Shown: piece by piece, positions 12,617 through 22,237 of the stretch
Layout: the number at the start of each line of letters is the position of its first letter
How positions within the stretch are numbered: position 1 is the first letter of the stretch
Assembly (NCBI GenBank): GCA_051942205.1
Contig: JAVECO010000210.1
Span: 1 to 37,215, forward strand
Direction: 5' to 3'
Length of the DNA stretch: 37,215 bases
DNA from: Coniocarpon cinnabarinum
Taxonomy: Eukaryota
Position numbers and translations under genes: made by a program
Notes under the pieces: generated by a model
Databases searched by the model: none
The model's input: the letters and a program-made list of their open reading frames with translations, nothing else
What the model was told of the DNA's origin: nothing

Positions 12617-12758
12617 TTTCGCGCAAACTCATATCTCTCCCCTGCTACCTTCTCACAACTTTCCTCCCCATATCTCTTTCGCGCCTGTTGTTTTCGCAAA
12701 AGTTGTTTCTACTAAACTTGTTTCTAGCAATCTTCATCGCTCATATTCGTTTTCGCGC
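12617..12758. promoter_or_regulatory. Three TTTCGCGC (SCB/E2F-like CGCGAAA) elements upstream of the Asx-homology gene
   Basis: Exact TTTCGCGC at 12617-12624, 12677-12684 and 12751-12758, in a pyrimidine-rich region just before the ATG at 12779. Confidence 0.4.
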
Positions 12759-12778
12759 ATCCGCGATCCATTCTGGTA

Positions 12779-14083
12779 ATGGATCCTACAAGCTCACCGC
12801 TCTCCGAGCCGCATACTCCCAAGAGTTCAACATCTCAATCCTCATCGCGTTCTGGCAATAAACGCAAACGAGACTCCACTACCTCCAAGTCTGAGGCCAC
12901 CACAGCACCAGCAACATCACAGCCAAAGCCCTCTTCTTCATCTGATTCTCCCAAAAAGCAGAAGCGCGGACCTGCCACTTCCAATGCCGTCGAAAAACCA
13001 GAGACTACCGCTCCACCTGCGCCACGGCGCAGTGGTCGCACACCAAAACCACGGAAAGACCTGGACGTCGGTGGCTCCGAAGACGAGCTTCAGAAAGAGG
13101 CGCATCCTGCGAAGAAGGCAGTGAAATCAACCACTGCCAAGAAGCAGACTGGAAAAACATCAAAGACCCAACAACAGTTCAGTATCGGCAAGGACGCGAC
13201 CGCGTACTTGATGAAGGACCCAAGCTCGATACTCGCGGACGAACGTACGGTTGAGGTCCGCCACATACTTGAGCATCCCAACGCCTGGGAATTGCTCGAT
13301 CGAGCGGAGAGAATCACCGTGTTGTCCTTGATGCCTGGCTTCGAGGACTTTCAATTCCCAGACGACATGCCCGTCGACAATCTCATCGTCGCCACTGACC
13401 AGTTTACTTCCAACGAGTCGCTCAAGCGTGCCTGCGTCAGCTTCCAAGAAGATCTCGCGCTGGGGCACTACACCGACTGGTTCCAGCAAAGCGCCACCGT
13501 TGCCAAGAAGAAGCGCGTTGAAGGCCAATTTGACGACGAGAAAGAAAGAGATATGGAAGCATACTGGGGACAGAAACACGCAGTGGCTTCAAGCGCAGTC
13601 AAGTCGAGCGCCGTCACTTTGGGCAAAGCCAATTCGAGCGCCGTCACTTCGAGCTCGGCGGCAGGAGAGTCCGCCAAGTACAAGCTGGGAGACTTGATCA
13701 AGGCGGGCGTCTTCGAGAGGGGGGATATCTGGAAATTTGAAATCGCCCGAGGCAAGGGCAAGGCCCAGACAAAGATGGCGAAGGAAGCCACAGTCACATC
13801 CGTCGACAGAGAAAAAGGCCGGCTAAACTTCAAGTTCCCGCCAGGCCAGTATGAGGCGGCAAAGAAGTCGTACGACAACAAGAAACAGGACCTCACCTTC
13901 GCTGGATGCGACAATCCGACGCCGTTGCTGAAAGGGATGATGAAGGAGGACGGACGTGTTGACTCAGAGGAACGGATGAGCAACGCTTGGCGTCAGGTGC
14001 GGGTCTTCAGGGACGAGCAGGACTTGGGCACTCTGTTTGACCTCCGCGACCGCCACGCCTTCAAGGTTGGAGGAGCCAAGTAA
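12779..14083 (+). CDS. Asx-homology (DEUBAD) domain protein with a C-terminal RAMA-like domain, 434 aa, intronless
   Basis: Basic disordered N-terminus with NLS-like KRKR. The central PNAWELLDRAERITVLSLMP...FTSNESLKRACVSFQEDLALGHY...EGQFDDEKE...YWGQK matches the fungal ASXH pattern. The C-terminal LGDLIKAGVFERGD...SNAWRQV...GTLFDLR resembles RAMA (inference). Confidence 0.8.
   Translation: MDPTSSPLSEPHTPKSSTSQSSSRSGNKRKRDSTTSKSEATTAPATSQPKPSSSSDSPKKQKRGPATSNAVEKPETTAPPAPRRSGRTPKPRKDLDVGGSEDELQKEAHPAKKAVKSTTAKKQTGKTSKTQQQFSIGKDATAYLMKDPSSILADERTVEVRHILEHPNAWELLDRAERITVLSLMPGFEDFQFPDDMPVDNLIVATDQFTSNESLKRACVSFQEDLALGHYTDWFQQSATVAKKKRVEGQFDDEKERDMEAYWGQKHAVASSAVKSSAVTLGKANSSAVTSSSAAGESAKYKLGDLIKAGVFERGDIWKFEIARGKGKAQTKMAKEATVTSVDREKGRLNFKFPPGQYEAAKKSYDNKKQDLTFAGCDNPTPLLKGMMKEDGRVDSEERMSNAWRQVRVFRDEQDLGTLFDLRDRHAFKVGGAK
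13604..13649 (+). repeat. In-frame 16-bp direct repeat (30-nt period) in the linker of the Asx-homology gene
   Basis: TCGAGCGCCGTCACTT at 13604-13619 and 13634-13649, encoding SSAVT twice, with a degenerate SSAVK copy just before. Confidence 0.85.
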
Positions 14084-14191
14084 GGCCGCCTGGACGCGCA
14101 GAGGTGATCATGGTTGAATCACCTGGCTGATGATATCGTTGCACTGGAGGCAACACTGCCTGGACATTGTCTACGGCTCTCATGACATTTC

Positions 14192-14332
14192 TGCATAGCG
14201 TATCTGGAGGGTGGATGAGCATTTGGGTATTTACACGCCGTTTCTGCATAGCGAGGTTCAGATTTGGTTCAGTGGGCATTTCATGGCGGCACATCTGACT
14301 ATGCATAGCGTCGGGGTCTCCTCTGCATAGCG
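14192..14332 (+). repeat. Four dispersed TGCATAGCG motifs in the probable 3' UTR of the Asx-homology gene
   Basis: Exact TGCATAGCG at 14192-14200, 14245-14253, 14302-14310 and 14324-14332, same orientation, unrelated spacers. Confidence 0.75.
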
Positions 14333-14993
14333 ACGGTACTGAACAGGGAGACACGAGCACGAACACTCACGATAGTATAGTATAATTTGCAAAATCAGAA
14401 AACATCATTTTTATCAAAGTTGAGCTCAGCGCCAAATAGTAGACGGTCCCCCTGCGCAGTTTGGTGATCACAGCTCAAAGCTTGTGACCACCAAGGTCTA
14501 ACTGAGTGCGTGACTCGCGCGAAAGCTCAATCGCCATTACCAACTTTGCCGACTCCATCTCACTCAGGTTCCTCTCGTCCTGCAAGACGAGCATGCATAT
14601 GAGCAAATCCAGCAGCGCGGAACATAATCTGCTTGTCTGCTTATTCAATTCGTGTAAGAGAAGCAAGGAGTAATGCCTTGCGCGTGTGGCTCAGCTGATG
14701 CCCAAGCACGATGACACGGCACGCACGCAGTAAAGCTGATCGCAATGCATCCTATCAGATGATACCTTTCCTGTCATTAATGCCCAGCTCTGTGCGAGCG
14801 CTGGTAAGAGCTCTGATGGATTGAACAACGTGCAAGGCAAACAGAACTGTCATGTTGATGCCCTTTCCCAACCTTGAAGGCAACCTTTCTACTCCCTTTG
14901 CTGTCTTTCCTGTGCTGCTTTCTCTCTCCTAATCTTCTTGGCAGCACTTTATACACCTCTCCGTAATTGTTTCAGTAAAAGAAGGAGACAGAC

Positions 14994-15299
14994 ATGTTTA
15001 GTCTTAGTCGCCAGCGCCTGGCTCAGGCTGTACGATCACTAAAGAATGTCTTTTCTTCGTCTAAAGGACCACAGCCAGGCGTAAGACTGGGCAGTGAAAG
15101 CACTCCAAGCGAGAGCATTCTCGATCCTCGAACAAGGGTAGGGTCAAGCATGGGCGACCTATCTAACCGCGTCCGCTTCGTTGAACCCATGCCGATCAGG
15201 GAACCTTCTCCAGTGTACAGCTCGGAAAGATCCTGGATGAAGTACGACGTTGCACCATGGAAGTTACATGAGGGTCCTGGGAAGATGGCTTATCACTGA
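14994..15299 (+). CDS. Small hypothetical protein (101 aa)
   Basis: ATG ORF preceded by a CT-rich promoter-like tract (about 14860-14960) and convergent on CDC123. No family recognised. Confidence 0.4.
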   Translation: MFSLSRQRLAQAVRSLKNVFSSSKGPQPGVRLGSESTPSESILDPRTRVGSSMGDLSNRVRFVEPMPIREPSPVYSSERSWMKYDVAPWKLHEGPGKMAYH

Positions 15300-15457
15300 A
15301 AACGAACGGATGGGAAATGAAGAAAAGAATGTACCCGTGCTGAGGACTTGAAGTTTGCTACGCCTGCAACAAGTACACTAACTGGCGAACAAACAGCGGC
15401 GCTCTAAATTGAACAGCTATATTGGACCAAATACACTCTGAACCTAATCTATGACGA

Positions 15458-16741
15458 TTAAGTCGTCTCATCGCCGTCACTGCTGTCCTCGCCTTGATGC
15501 TGAGCCTCCCCTTTGCTCACCAAGTCTTGCCACCTCTTTGAGAAATCACGCATCTGCTCTGCGTCATAACCACCTGAACTCGCATCAACGACTTCTCGAG
15601 GCAATTTGTGTGCGCTGTACTGCTGGGTACTAAACGAGAAAGCCTCTGGATCGCCCCTCTTAATCAGACGCAGCTCCAAGGTTCTGGGCCCCGACAAGTC
15701 TGCGGATACCTCAGGATCATCCTCATCAGAAGATGCACCTGACTCCTCTGGTGTCGGAGGCATAGCTGGGATTCCTGCGGCTGCATTACCATTCAAAACG
15801 GCGGCCCCAGTCCATATCGGCAGCCGCATAAAGCTCGCATCCTCATCGTCAGCACCCTCATCTTCTTCTACTACGTTGATCGGATCCTCCATAGTTAACA
15901 GCTCCAGCCAACTGAATAAAATCGGATCCGTTCTCAACGCCCAAGGGTTGAAGTCCACAAGCCACACTCGATTATATGGCTGTGGCACATAGACGTCAAA
16001 GACGAAGTTCTCATCGGGGAATGTGTTTCTAATCTGCTTCTCAAAAAACTCCTGCACAAGCTCAAGTACCTTTGGACGCAGCTCAGGCAGGAAGTCGTAA
16101 TGATTAAGATCCCGCTGGCATAAACCGAGCAGCTTGCGCCGCCTCACAAAACAACGACACTCAACCGAGGGATTCCAAGCAGCGACCCATTTTCTCAGCA
16201 CCAGATGATACGGAATTTTCAGATCGTCCCGAGAAGAGTTGTTCGCTGCATTAGCGTCCAAACATCCGTCAAAGGCATGCTCGAGGTCATGTGTGATGAA
16301 GTCTGAAGACTTAAGCATCATATATACATCGTTTGCCGAGCAGCATTCCAGTGTATTAAATGGGTTGATCCACGTGGCATCCTTAGGAGCAGACCAATTC
16401 AGCTTGGGTGTCACGTGTCCACCTAAAGATGCAATGGTAGAGACAATGGAGGAGTGTGTCTCTGGCCATGAAGTAGACGGGTCGTCTTCGCGGTCGCTAT
16501 CGTCACCAAGGTCGCCTTCGTTAATGTCCAGGCGGGCTGATGCTACAGGTTTGGAACTAGAGTCAGGCGGTAGCACTATGCCATCTGCGCGGAGATACCG
16601 TAGAAATTTCTCAGAAACTGGGATGACCCTGGCTTTCGGAGTCAAGGCACGATAGCGCGGATGCCACGCATGATAGGAGCAGTTTAGAATGTGGCGTATG
16701 GTAAGCGGCGGAAATGGCAGTTCAGGTTTGGGTGATGCCAT
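15458..16741 (-). CDS. CDC123: Cell division cycle protein 123 (D123 ATP-grasp, eIF2 assembly factor), 427 aa
   Basis: HILNCSYHAWHPRY, YLRADGIVLP, PKLNWSAPKDATWI, LKSSDFITHDL, FVFDVY, LVDFNPW...TDPILFSW and HKLPREVVDAS. Confidence 0.96.
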   Translation of the reverse strand: MASPKPELPFPPLTIRHILNCSYHAWHPRYRALTPKARVIPVSEKFLRYLRADGIVLPPDSSSKPVASARLDINEGDLGDDSDREDDPSTSWPETHSSIVSTIASLGGHVTPKLNWSAPKDATWINPFNTLECCSANDVYMMLKSSDFITHDLEHAFDGCLDANAANNSSRDDLKIPYHLVLRKWVAAWNPSVECRCFVRRRKLLGLCQRDLNHYDFLPELRPKVLELVQEFFEKQIRNTFPDENFVFDVYVPQPYNRVWLVDFNPWALRTDPILFSWLELLTMEDPINVVEEDEGADDEDASFMRLPIWTGAAVLNGNAAAGIPAMPPTPEESGASSDEDDPEVSADLSGPRTLELRLIKRGDPEAFSFSTQQYSAHKLPREVVDASSGGYDAEQMRDFSKRWQDLVSKGEAQHQGEDSSDGDETT

Positions 16742-18353
16742 TTGAGCAAGAGCTAGACAGATGCGACACGAGACGTAGTGTCTCTTTACTGAAAATCGTA
16801 CACGGAACTGTGTATTTGCACAGAAATCGATGTCTCATGCTCAATGGCTTCCTGCGCCATTTCATAGCCTTACTAAGCACAAAGGACGCGTATGCGCTAG
16901 CAAAAGCATCGGCGAAGGTCACGTGTGACAAAAAGAAACTACAAAACAAGCTTTATCTCAAACTCCATCATGCGTCCCACTTTCGCAGGGGATAGTTCCC
17001 TGGTTCTTCATCTCGATGCGCAGCTACATGGATGAGGCTGACAAAAGACTCATTCTGATTGATCGAAAAGGCCTATCAGCAGGCTTGCGGACACGCACGT
17101 CATTCCCTGCTTGGGTGTACCAGGTCAAGCACACCATCCTCTCCAGCCTTCGCACAATGCGGAGCCCCTGCATACTGCCTTAGCACTTGCCGCGTGTGAC
17201 TGCTGATCGCCCCGTAACGTCAAACAGCTTACCATTTTGGTCTCTATGGCTTGCTTTGGGACTGGGTTAACGGCAGCTTCTCTGTTGGGTGTGCACCAAG
17301 CAATCCCTTGCAGGCCCAACTGCAGTCACCCCTGAGTCTGCTTCCATCTTTGAGCGAAGGCTGTGTCTTTGATTCTGGCACAATCTTTCACGTACCAAAT
17401 GTTCCATTCGAACATCCTACCAACTGCTAACCATCAAAAAGAAACGTGGACTAAGGTCCAACGAAATTCAAACTAGTGCTCGCCAATAGTCTTCTGTGGC
17501 TCTCAGAAGTTCTGCCATCCACCCACTGGACTGCAGCGTCCAGCTCCTTGTGTGAGTAACAGTAGCATGAACAGCCACTTTGCAAGGGATCGGCCATCAC
17601 GCTCGATCGGCTTTTGAATGCTAGCGATGCCTCGGCGGTTGACGACTCACTTCAAATGTGGTACGGTCAGCTTCTCCATTGTCTGAGCTGATTGATCCAT
17701 TCAATTCACGCACTTCAGCGTGAGCTTCAGATCTTGTCGATTGGCCTGAGATGCCAGCCCACCGCTGACCCATGCGCTTCGAGCCGATGAAGTGCCGTAG
17801 TTGATTTGAGTTATCAAATCTTTGTGTACTGGAGGACTCACTCGACTTGCTTGAGCTTCGCTTGCCGCTTTGCCGCTTTGCCGTGATAATACTGACTTGT
17901 CCAACTTTTCAACTGAGCTTCCCTTCGCGGACGAATGATACTGAACTCCATGGGACAGTCTTCCCATTGCGTGCTCTGCTCGAACGCAGATAGGCGAACT
18001 TGAAAAAGTAGAATGACTCTTATGCTCGGCCCTAATGTGTGGCGTTTCTGCGAATGGTAAGGACGCAGCTTTTGTCATTTGCGGATAGACGATGCAAATT
18101 GGAGGAGATTGCTTCTCACCCGCACGCTTTAGGTAACGCAAGTCTTCGACTCCCAAATTTGAGGCGAAGATTCCGAGGCAACTTTTCCGTCCAGGCGAAA
18201 AATGCAAATAGCGGCTTTCTTGGATAGTTAAGGGTCTAAGAGAGACCTTATTTATTTGACAAGAAATTCTTCTTTTCAAGTGACAGAACTTGTTTATCCT
18301 CCGCAGAGCTTTTTACTGGTTTTCTCTGCGATTTCGCGTTACTAGGACACATC

Positions 18354-20058
18354 ATGAAGCTCTGTGTTCTTGCTCTAGCTACCTACCTCCTTCGAGGAGC
18401 ATTGTCTGAACCATGCCCATTCGCAGAGATGCAGAAGCGAGGCATGCTCTCCGATGAGGATTCAGCCAAGTTTCAAGCTGTGAAACGAGATCCAGCAGCT
18501 GCCGAAAAATTTCTTCTTGAGCATCGAGCAAAATACAAGCGAGACATTGACGAGCACGCGAAACTGGCTCCTCGACAAAATAGTTCAGGTGGACTGCTTG
18601 GGATTCTGCCCTTGGGCGGCGGCTTGCGTAAGATCAGAAGAAGCATTGACTTGTGCAAGTACTTACTTCAGAGCACAGTCAACGGAGTCCTCCAGCCTTT
18701 GTCAGGCGTATTGGAAAATGTCGACATCCCTACACCTCAGTCACAGGGTCTAGTCGAGATCCCTGGCGATGATCCAGACCATCAATTTCAAGCCCCAGGG
18801 CCGACGGACGTTCGTGGCATCTGTCCCACGCTGAACGCTCTCGCAAACCATGGCAAGTGTTCCTCACTTTCCGGGTCCGCTTCAGGAGTCCCGTAGGCTG
18901 ATAAAGCTCATAGGATACATCTCACGAGACGGTATTACTTCCTTTGCCGAGGCAGCCAATGCAGTCCAGACTGGCTACGGGTGAGCTCAGCCATTGCACG
19001 ATGTCGGATATCCAACGCTGCTGACGCACACTAGGTTTACGTATGGACTGTCAGTCTTTCTCTCTGCGCTCGGTCTCTTGGCCGGCGGGGATTTGCCTAC
19101 GGGCAAGTACACCATTGGTGGGGCTGACTCACGCGTCCCAAACACGATTGGACCTGCACTGGGTCTTGACTCGCATGGCGTCTTCGAGATCGACGGCTCT
19201 ATCACTCGACAAGATGTGCACTTCGGAAACAATGCAAACTTCCTCCTGCAGGTACGTGCCCAGTCACCCGATTGCGTTCGGGCTGTTCTTTTACTGATCT
19301 GCTTGGCTAGCGCTGGGAAGAATATGTCGACGCCGCAAACGACAACGGCGGTCTCTTCAACGAAGCAGCCAACGCCCAAGACAACGGCTTCCGCTACGAC
19401 AACTCCCGCAACACGAACCCTGACTTCTTCGCTGGCGCAGCCTGGTTCGCCGTCTCCCACGCTGAGCGCGTCTTCGTCTACCAAGGCCTTCCCAACGGAA
19501 CCAATCAATCCTATGCCGACTACCAAAACGTTGCTCCGTTCTTCCTCGACGAGCGCTTCCCCGAAGAATGGTACCGCCGCGCGGACCCGTTCACGCTTCC
19601 TTCGGCGTTCATGGAAGCCGCTGGGATGTTCCTCTTGAACCCGCGTGAGCTCGGCGCGAATGAGGGATTGAACAATTTTGTGCCCCTCGGTGTGGATTTG
19701 ACGAGTCAAACCCCGGCGCAGATTGGATGCTTCATCATTGAGAACATCCTTGATCTGGCGGCCGATCAGTTCAAGCCTGCCATTGCGAATAACTTCGACA
19801 CGTACCAGGCGTTTGTGCAGGGCATCATTTTGCCGTTCTTTGAGAATGACGGATTCTTCAACTGTGACGTCCAGAGCTTTGCGAGGCCGAGCGCGAATGC
19901 GGGAGTGGCGGATGGGAGTGTGAGTTCGAGTGGTAGTCCGGTGAATGGGAGTTACCCAGGTGTGTTGTCTCTAAACTTCGTTCGAAGCGAATGAAGCACT
20001 CTGCTAACGCCCGTGTTCAGGCATCGGGGTAATTGACCCAGACTCGCAACCGTCTTAG
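18354..20058 (+). CDS. Secreted heme-thiolate peroxidase / unspecific peroxygenase (chloroperoxidase family), ~472 aa; exons 18354-18627, 18679-18852, 18914-18980, 19035-19251, 19311-19959, 20021-20058
   Basis: Signal peptide MKLCVLALATYLLRGALS; heme-ligand region DVRGICPTLNALANHG|YISRDG; HGVFEIDGSITRQD; SRNTNPDF...SHAERVF; FFLDERFPEEWYRR. The six exons total 1419 nt in one frame. Intron 2 has a GC donor. Confidence 0.9.
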
Positions 20059-21750
20059 GCCTCAAAGCCAGCCACGCGCTGCTCGCCGAGGAGGTGTCGC
20101 TCTTCTCCAACGGATGCGATGTCTTTTCCCTCATGGGACACGGGTTCCCGGTCGGCTGGTTAACTGCTTCCAGGCTCTGGCCATTTCACTTTCAGAACGC
20201 CTGCTCGTTACGCCTACATTATTTGATTGTCACGATGGCATGACAGCACTGTCTCTCGCTTAAAACGACGGATCTGCAGTCGTATACCAGACACTGTAGT
20301 TTGCAATATTATACGCTCATTTGCATGCGTGTTGCTAAATTCAGTATCGTACTTTTTTCGTAGCCACTTTGAAGCTATGAAAGCCACGAGACTGAAATAC
20401 TTCATGTCGTCGTTCTCGGCACTATAGCTGTCAAGCTCTAGGTTCGGCTGAAATCTTGACCGCTAGTGCCCATTTTCTATACATCGTGACTCATCCGATC
20501 GTTGGCGTTGTCTGCCAATCCATCGTCCAGGACCCACAGCAAATGCTAATGGTTATATTGTGCATTTAATTGATTTGTTCTCAGGGAAGTGGCTAAACTC
20601 ATATTCATGGTTAGAATACCTGCCTTCGCCATGCATGCGTGGCGAGGCTCTTCCCTTTTGCCTTTGGAACGTGGTTCGACTCCCATGAGCTGCTTGCCTT
20701 GCCTACGCACCAGTCACTTGGTTGCAGTTCCTAAATTCCGGCTGCTATACTGGCTACTGCATGACAACCTAGCTATGATGTCTATCTAGAGTGCTTTTCT
20801 TCTTTTACCATGTGCGACACAGAGATTGCAAGCTCTAAATCGTGAAGCGTTTCCCAAGCTATGGGCGTGGATATGGACATTTATTAGATGGTTTGATGGC
20901 ACTACATGCCCTATTCTCTCGGACAGAAATCTTGCAAGATGTCGGCGTCGCGGTCGCATATGATTGCCTTAAGAAAGGAACGCAGCCCATGCCCAGAACC
21001 TGTGCCATGCCTCGTGCCCTTCGCTTGTATCTTAGCCAGCTCCCATCTCCATGCGTCTTCGGTCCTCAATCTCAACACTCCCAAAGCAAATCAATCACGT
21101 GATCAATTCTTACGCCTTGACTCACACGATGAATCGAGCGCCGCCAACTAGCGCATATTCCACCCAACGCGTCTCGATGTTGTCTACATGTTTTGCTCAC
21201 GTACGTTTCATCGCAGGAGAGTCAGCGAAATACTTCCTCCCTATTTGGTGGAGATTGACGTCTTCGGCCCTTAAACAGAGGGTTCTGCCTTTCCTTCCCT
21301 TTTGGTTTTTCTTTTGCTCTTGCGCTGGGGTGTTCGAGTCTTGGTTCTTGGATGCTTTTTTTGGCTTTGGATGTCTTTTTTGCTGCTATTGTTTGGCCTT
21401 GCTGCAATGCTGCTGTATATTGTGTGAGTGCGTAGTTCAGTCGTATTCCTACATTCCCGATCCTTCATGTCTTTGTGTATTTTTATTGCTGGCTTCGAGG
21501 CTTGCAGCAAGAGCAACTTGCTTCTCGTCGTCTCATTGCGACAGCGTTCAGGCACGAGGGCTAACTTAGCATGGTGTTGTCTTTCAGCCCACCTTTTACC
21601 ATCCTCTGCATCCACTCAAGCGACAACCATAGGCTACCTCAGCATAATCTTCACAAGCAAAAGGGGAACTCATCAACAGCAAAATCATTTTCTGGCGTCT
21701 TCCGACACCTTCCAATTCTATTCCTACCTACAGCCACAAACTTCCAGTTT

Positions 21751-22237
21751 TCAAGCATCACTGCCAGTCTCTGGCTCTGCGCTGCTTCGCTCACTGCCCT
21801 TGGCTTCCTCAATAGGCCGTACACCCCCGGACACAAGACCAGTGCCTTGCTCAGCGCCTGCAGTCTGCAATTCTTGCACATCGGCATAGCCCGCTGGTTC
21901 CATGGCGGCGCTGATAACCCTTGTCTGCGGCTTGGATGTTGCGTCGCCGTGGCGAAGACAGAAAGTAATAGTGTGGGTCCCGTTGCCGTTATTCTCGGTT
22001 GATCTAATGCGACAGACAGAGTCAGTACCATCATAACGGAGGGAACCAGCAGTCCTCAAGATCAACGAAGGAAAGTAGCAAAAAACCTTACATAGGCTCC
22101 ACGTGGGCAAAATCCGGATTTCCAATCTCCGCCTTCATATCTTCCTCAAGTTGGCGGTCCGTCTCGAAGTATTTGTCAACGCGCGCAATGTCATAAGCGC
22201 GCTTATGGTGGTGCTCATTAGCGTGACCGTGTGTCAT
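21751..22237 (-). CDS. Orphan two-exon gene (~132 aa) with His-rich N-terminus; intron 22004-22091
   Basis: GCAAAAATG start context; MTHGHANEHHHKRAYDIARVDKYFETDRQLEEDMKAEIGNPDFAHVEPI|STENNGNGTHTITFCLRHG...ETGSDA-stop. GTAAGG donor, TACTGAC branch and TAG acceptor; 146+253 nt = 133 codons. Confidence 0.55.

Noticed and set aside
14192..14332. Repeat-spacer pattern as a CRISPR-like array
   Set aside because: Repeats are only 9 nt with irregular spacing, the context is eukaryotic, and there are no cas genes.
14475..14580. UIM-like peptide (ESAKLVMAIELSRES) after an acceptor-like TTGCAG on the minus strand
   Set aside because: No upstream donor or ATG exon found; the motif is too short to support a gene.
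17701..18279. 192-aa minus-strand ORF with a short TTGCCGC repeat
   Set aside because: TTG start, no motif or convincing splice model, and it overlaps the likely peroxygenase promoter.
18987..19709. 240-aa minus-strand ORF and the Thr/Ser-rich tail of ORF 18994..19638
   Set aside because: Antisense and off-frame readings of peroxygenase exons 4-5; the mucin-like tail disappears after splicing at 19252-19310.
21222..21615. Lys/Arg-rich minus-strand ORFs and a UIM-like DDEKQVALAASLE fragment
   Set aside because: Driven by T-rich low-complexity sequence; the fragment is preceded by an in-frame stop and cannot be spliced into a coherent gene.
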